Source of the DNA: Rhizaria sp. SCN 62-66
Taxonomy: Eukaryota
Length of the DNA stretch: 64,000 bases
Assembly: GCA_001724265.1 (NCBI GenBank)
Contig: MEDY01000066.1
Span: 62,001-126,000, forward strand
Direction of reading: 5' to 3'
Positions 61,760 to 64,000 of the stretch are shown here, piece after piece. The position numbers and the translations under genes are program-made. The notes beneath the pieces are model-generated. The model was not told where the DNA came from. It ran no database searches and saw only the letters and a list, made by a program, of their open reading frames with translations. Each line of letters opens with the position of its first letter. The stretch's first letter is position 1.

Positions 61760-63538
61760 TCACACCGCTTTGCGCGCCCGCTTCGATGTGTGCGTCACGT
61801 CCTCATCCTCCGCCTCAGCCACACCGGCGCTGCTTGCAAACTTGCCAGCTGCAGCGGCGGCCGCTGCAGCCGCGGCAGGGCCAAGGCCAACGCTGCCGTC
61901 GGACATCGCTGCGGGCGGCTGCTGCGCGGCCTTGACGGGCGACAGCGGCGGCGTGACGTCAGACCAGCTGGACCCAGTCGCAGCGGCAGCCCCAGACGCA
62001 GCCACAGGAACAGTGTCAGTGACAGCTGTGGCAGCAGCATCGGCAGCGGGAGCAGTCGCGTTGCTTGCCCTCTCGGCACTTCCGCTGCTGACCGATACAG
62101 CCAAAGGCGCGGCCACAGGCACAGGCGCAGGCGCGACGCCGACCCCCGGGATCTTGGCCTCAATCGCACCCCGCCCAATACCACTTCCAGCGCCAGCGCC
62201 AGCGCCAGCTGCCGGGTCGGCGTTCGCGTAGGAGTGTGGCAGCTGCGGGAGCGCCGCGGCGGCGGCGGCGGCGCCCTCGAGCGCGTCCCTGGCGGCTTCG
62301 GTGGCGGCCTCGGCCAGCCGCGCGGCGGCGTCGCGGGCGGCGCGGCGCACGGTGTCGCCCGCGGCGGCAACGGCGGCGGGTCGGCCGCGCAGTGCGGACG
62401 CGATGAAGGCCTCCGCCGCGGCGGCCACGGCCTGCTGCAGCGCCGCGCGCGCCTCGGCCACGGAGACCGAACCGACCCGACCTGCAGCGCTGCTGCTCTC
62501 GGTGGATGCGCTGCTATCCGCGGGGTCTGATTCGGGGGTCAGGGCGGCGGCGGGGAGCGCGAGCGGGACGCTGGCCGCCAGCGCCAAGAGCCACACGGGG
62601 GCGGACGCGGCGGCCGGCGCGGCGGAGGCGGCGGCGGCGGCGGCGGCAGATGCTGCAGCCGCCGCAGGCGCCGCGGCAGCAGCTGGAGCAGGAGCAGGAG
62701 TGGGGACTGCGGCGCCAAAGGCGGGGGCGGCCGCGCCAAACGAGGGCGCCGCAACGCCGAAAGCGGGCGCGGCAACGCCGAACGCCGCCACGGGGGCTCC
62801 AAAGCCACTGCCGCCGCCAACAACAGCAGCAGCAGCAGCGCTAGAAGCAGCAGCGCCGTAGGGCGGCGCAGAGACACCAGCGGCAGCAGCATGAGCCGCC
62901 GTGGGCGTGTGCGCCGGCTTGCCGTGGGCAGCGGCCCCGGAGGCAGCGGCAGCGGCGGCGGTGGCGGTGGGATACTCCTTTTGGTCGGTGAGGAGGTTGT
63001 AGTCGACGCCCAGCGCCGCAGCGAGCCCGCGCACGACGGCGGGGTTCGGCGGGATGCAGCGCTTCTTCCAGATGCCCAGCTGGCGCTTGATGGCAAGGAA
63101 GGACACCGAGTTGGGCGCGAGCACGAGCGCGACGCGCGCCACGGCGGCGGGCAGCACGGCCGAGAAGGCGTCCAGGTAGGGCGCGCAGTCGCGGTGCTCG
63201 GTGCGCGTCGAGCGGGTCATGATCTCATTCGCGAGGTAGAAAAGCGCAAGAATCTTGTCGCCAGAGGTCTCGGACTCGACGGCAGAGAGCCAAGTAGACT
63301 GGGGTAGGAGCGCGGGGCAGTGCAGAGCAGAGGGAAGATAAGTTGAGAGACATGAGCGGAGGCTGGACTTCAGACGAATGTAGTGAGTGGCGATATAGGT
63401 GTTTTGATCGTTAAGGAAGCAGTTTTAGAGACGTACACTAACTTCCTCAAACTTTTTAAAGAAAATAGCCCACTCAGTGATTGCACCGATCGAGGTTGGG
63501 TCGCCTTTGAGCTTGGCGAGTTTGTCGCGGAAAGACAT
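61760..63538 (-). CDS. RNA polymerase II CTD-interacting domain (CID/RPR) protein, ~546 aa. Exons 63538-63437 and 63298-61760
   Basis: MSFRDKLAKL..PTSIGAITEWAIF, KILALFYLANEIM and IKRQLGIWKKR are CID hallmarks. Intron 63436-63299 GTACGT...CAG; TGA stop. Confidence 0.8.
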
Positions 63539-64000
63539 CGCACACCCAAGGGATCTGGAGAAGGAGTACGAAGCAGAGATGACATTGTGAACAAACATCT
63601 CAAATAGAGCGCAGAGTTTAGTATGTATATTATATGGAATCGGAAGCGATTTGTCAATTAACGGATTCTTGAGCGCTTTGGCTCTCACTCAATTTCGTGA
63701 CCGTTGTGTGGCCACAGGTGCTTCCTCTTGCAGCTGGCTAAGCAACACGCATACAAAAACACTCTTTTAAGTTAAAATCGTTGAAAGTAGAGTGTTTTAA
63801 GGCAGAACCTTGCATGCGGCACTGAATACACATGTTTCATATAATAACTTATATTTTAGTTGCTGAAGTGTGTATATAAACGCGATTTGTATTGCCGCAA
63901 CCAACCCAACTCGAGCGCTCAAAAGTAGATCGCTTTCTTTGGCATAGGTGGCGTAGGTGCTCCACGAAAAAAAGAGCAGCCTTTCAAAGCGAGAAGATAG

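Noticed and set aside
1-64000. Prokaryotic systems (CRISPR arrays, operons, IS elements) or transposons
   Set aside because: The sequence is eukaryotic and spliced. The repeats are coding microsatellites, and I saw no transposase, reverse transcriptase, terminal repeats or repeat-spacer arrays.

Overview
This is eukaryotic nuclear DNA, most likely from a flagellated, non-opisthokont protist: there is a SHIPPO/ODF3-repeat gene, and EF-1alpha lacks the opisthokont insertion. Exons are GC-rich; introns (about 110-350 nt, GT-AG) and spacers are mostly AT- or pyrimidine-rich. I reconstructed 18 protein-coding genes by hand: eIF3c, a C11orf65/MFI-like IQ protein, a membrane-anchored SAM methyltransferase, PAN2, phytochelatin synthase, an ODF3/SHIPPO protein, Misato/DML1, EF-1alpha, an ACBP-domain protein, a CAAX/Abi protease, WDR55, a CRT-like transporter, a CID-domain protein and several orphans. 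The main finding is evidence for a variant nuclear genetic code in which UAG reads as Gln while UAA and UGA remain stops. One TAG lies inside a poly-Gln tract (104-106), and one lies at the expected Gln right after methyltransferase motif I (12193-12195). All 15 unambiguous gene ends use TAA or TGA, and the only TAG-ending ORF has an in-frame TAA four codons later. Other oddities are a near-invariant GTAYG 5' splice site, heavy low-complexity expansion of conserved proteins, an Asp-to-Glu change in the phytochelatin synthase catalytic triad, and an EF-1alpha with a long KKD-repeat tail. Gene names come from recognising motifs from memory, not from database searches.
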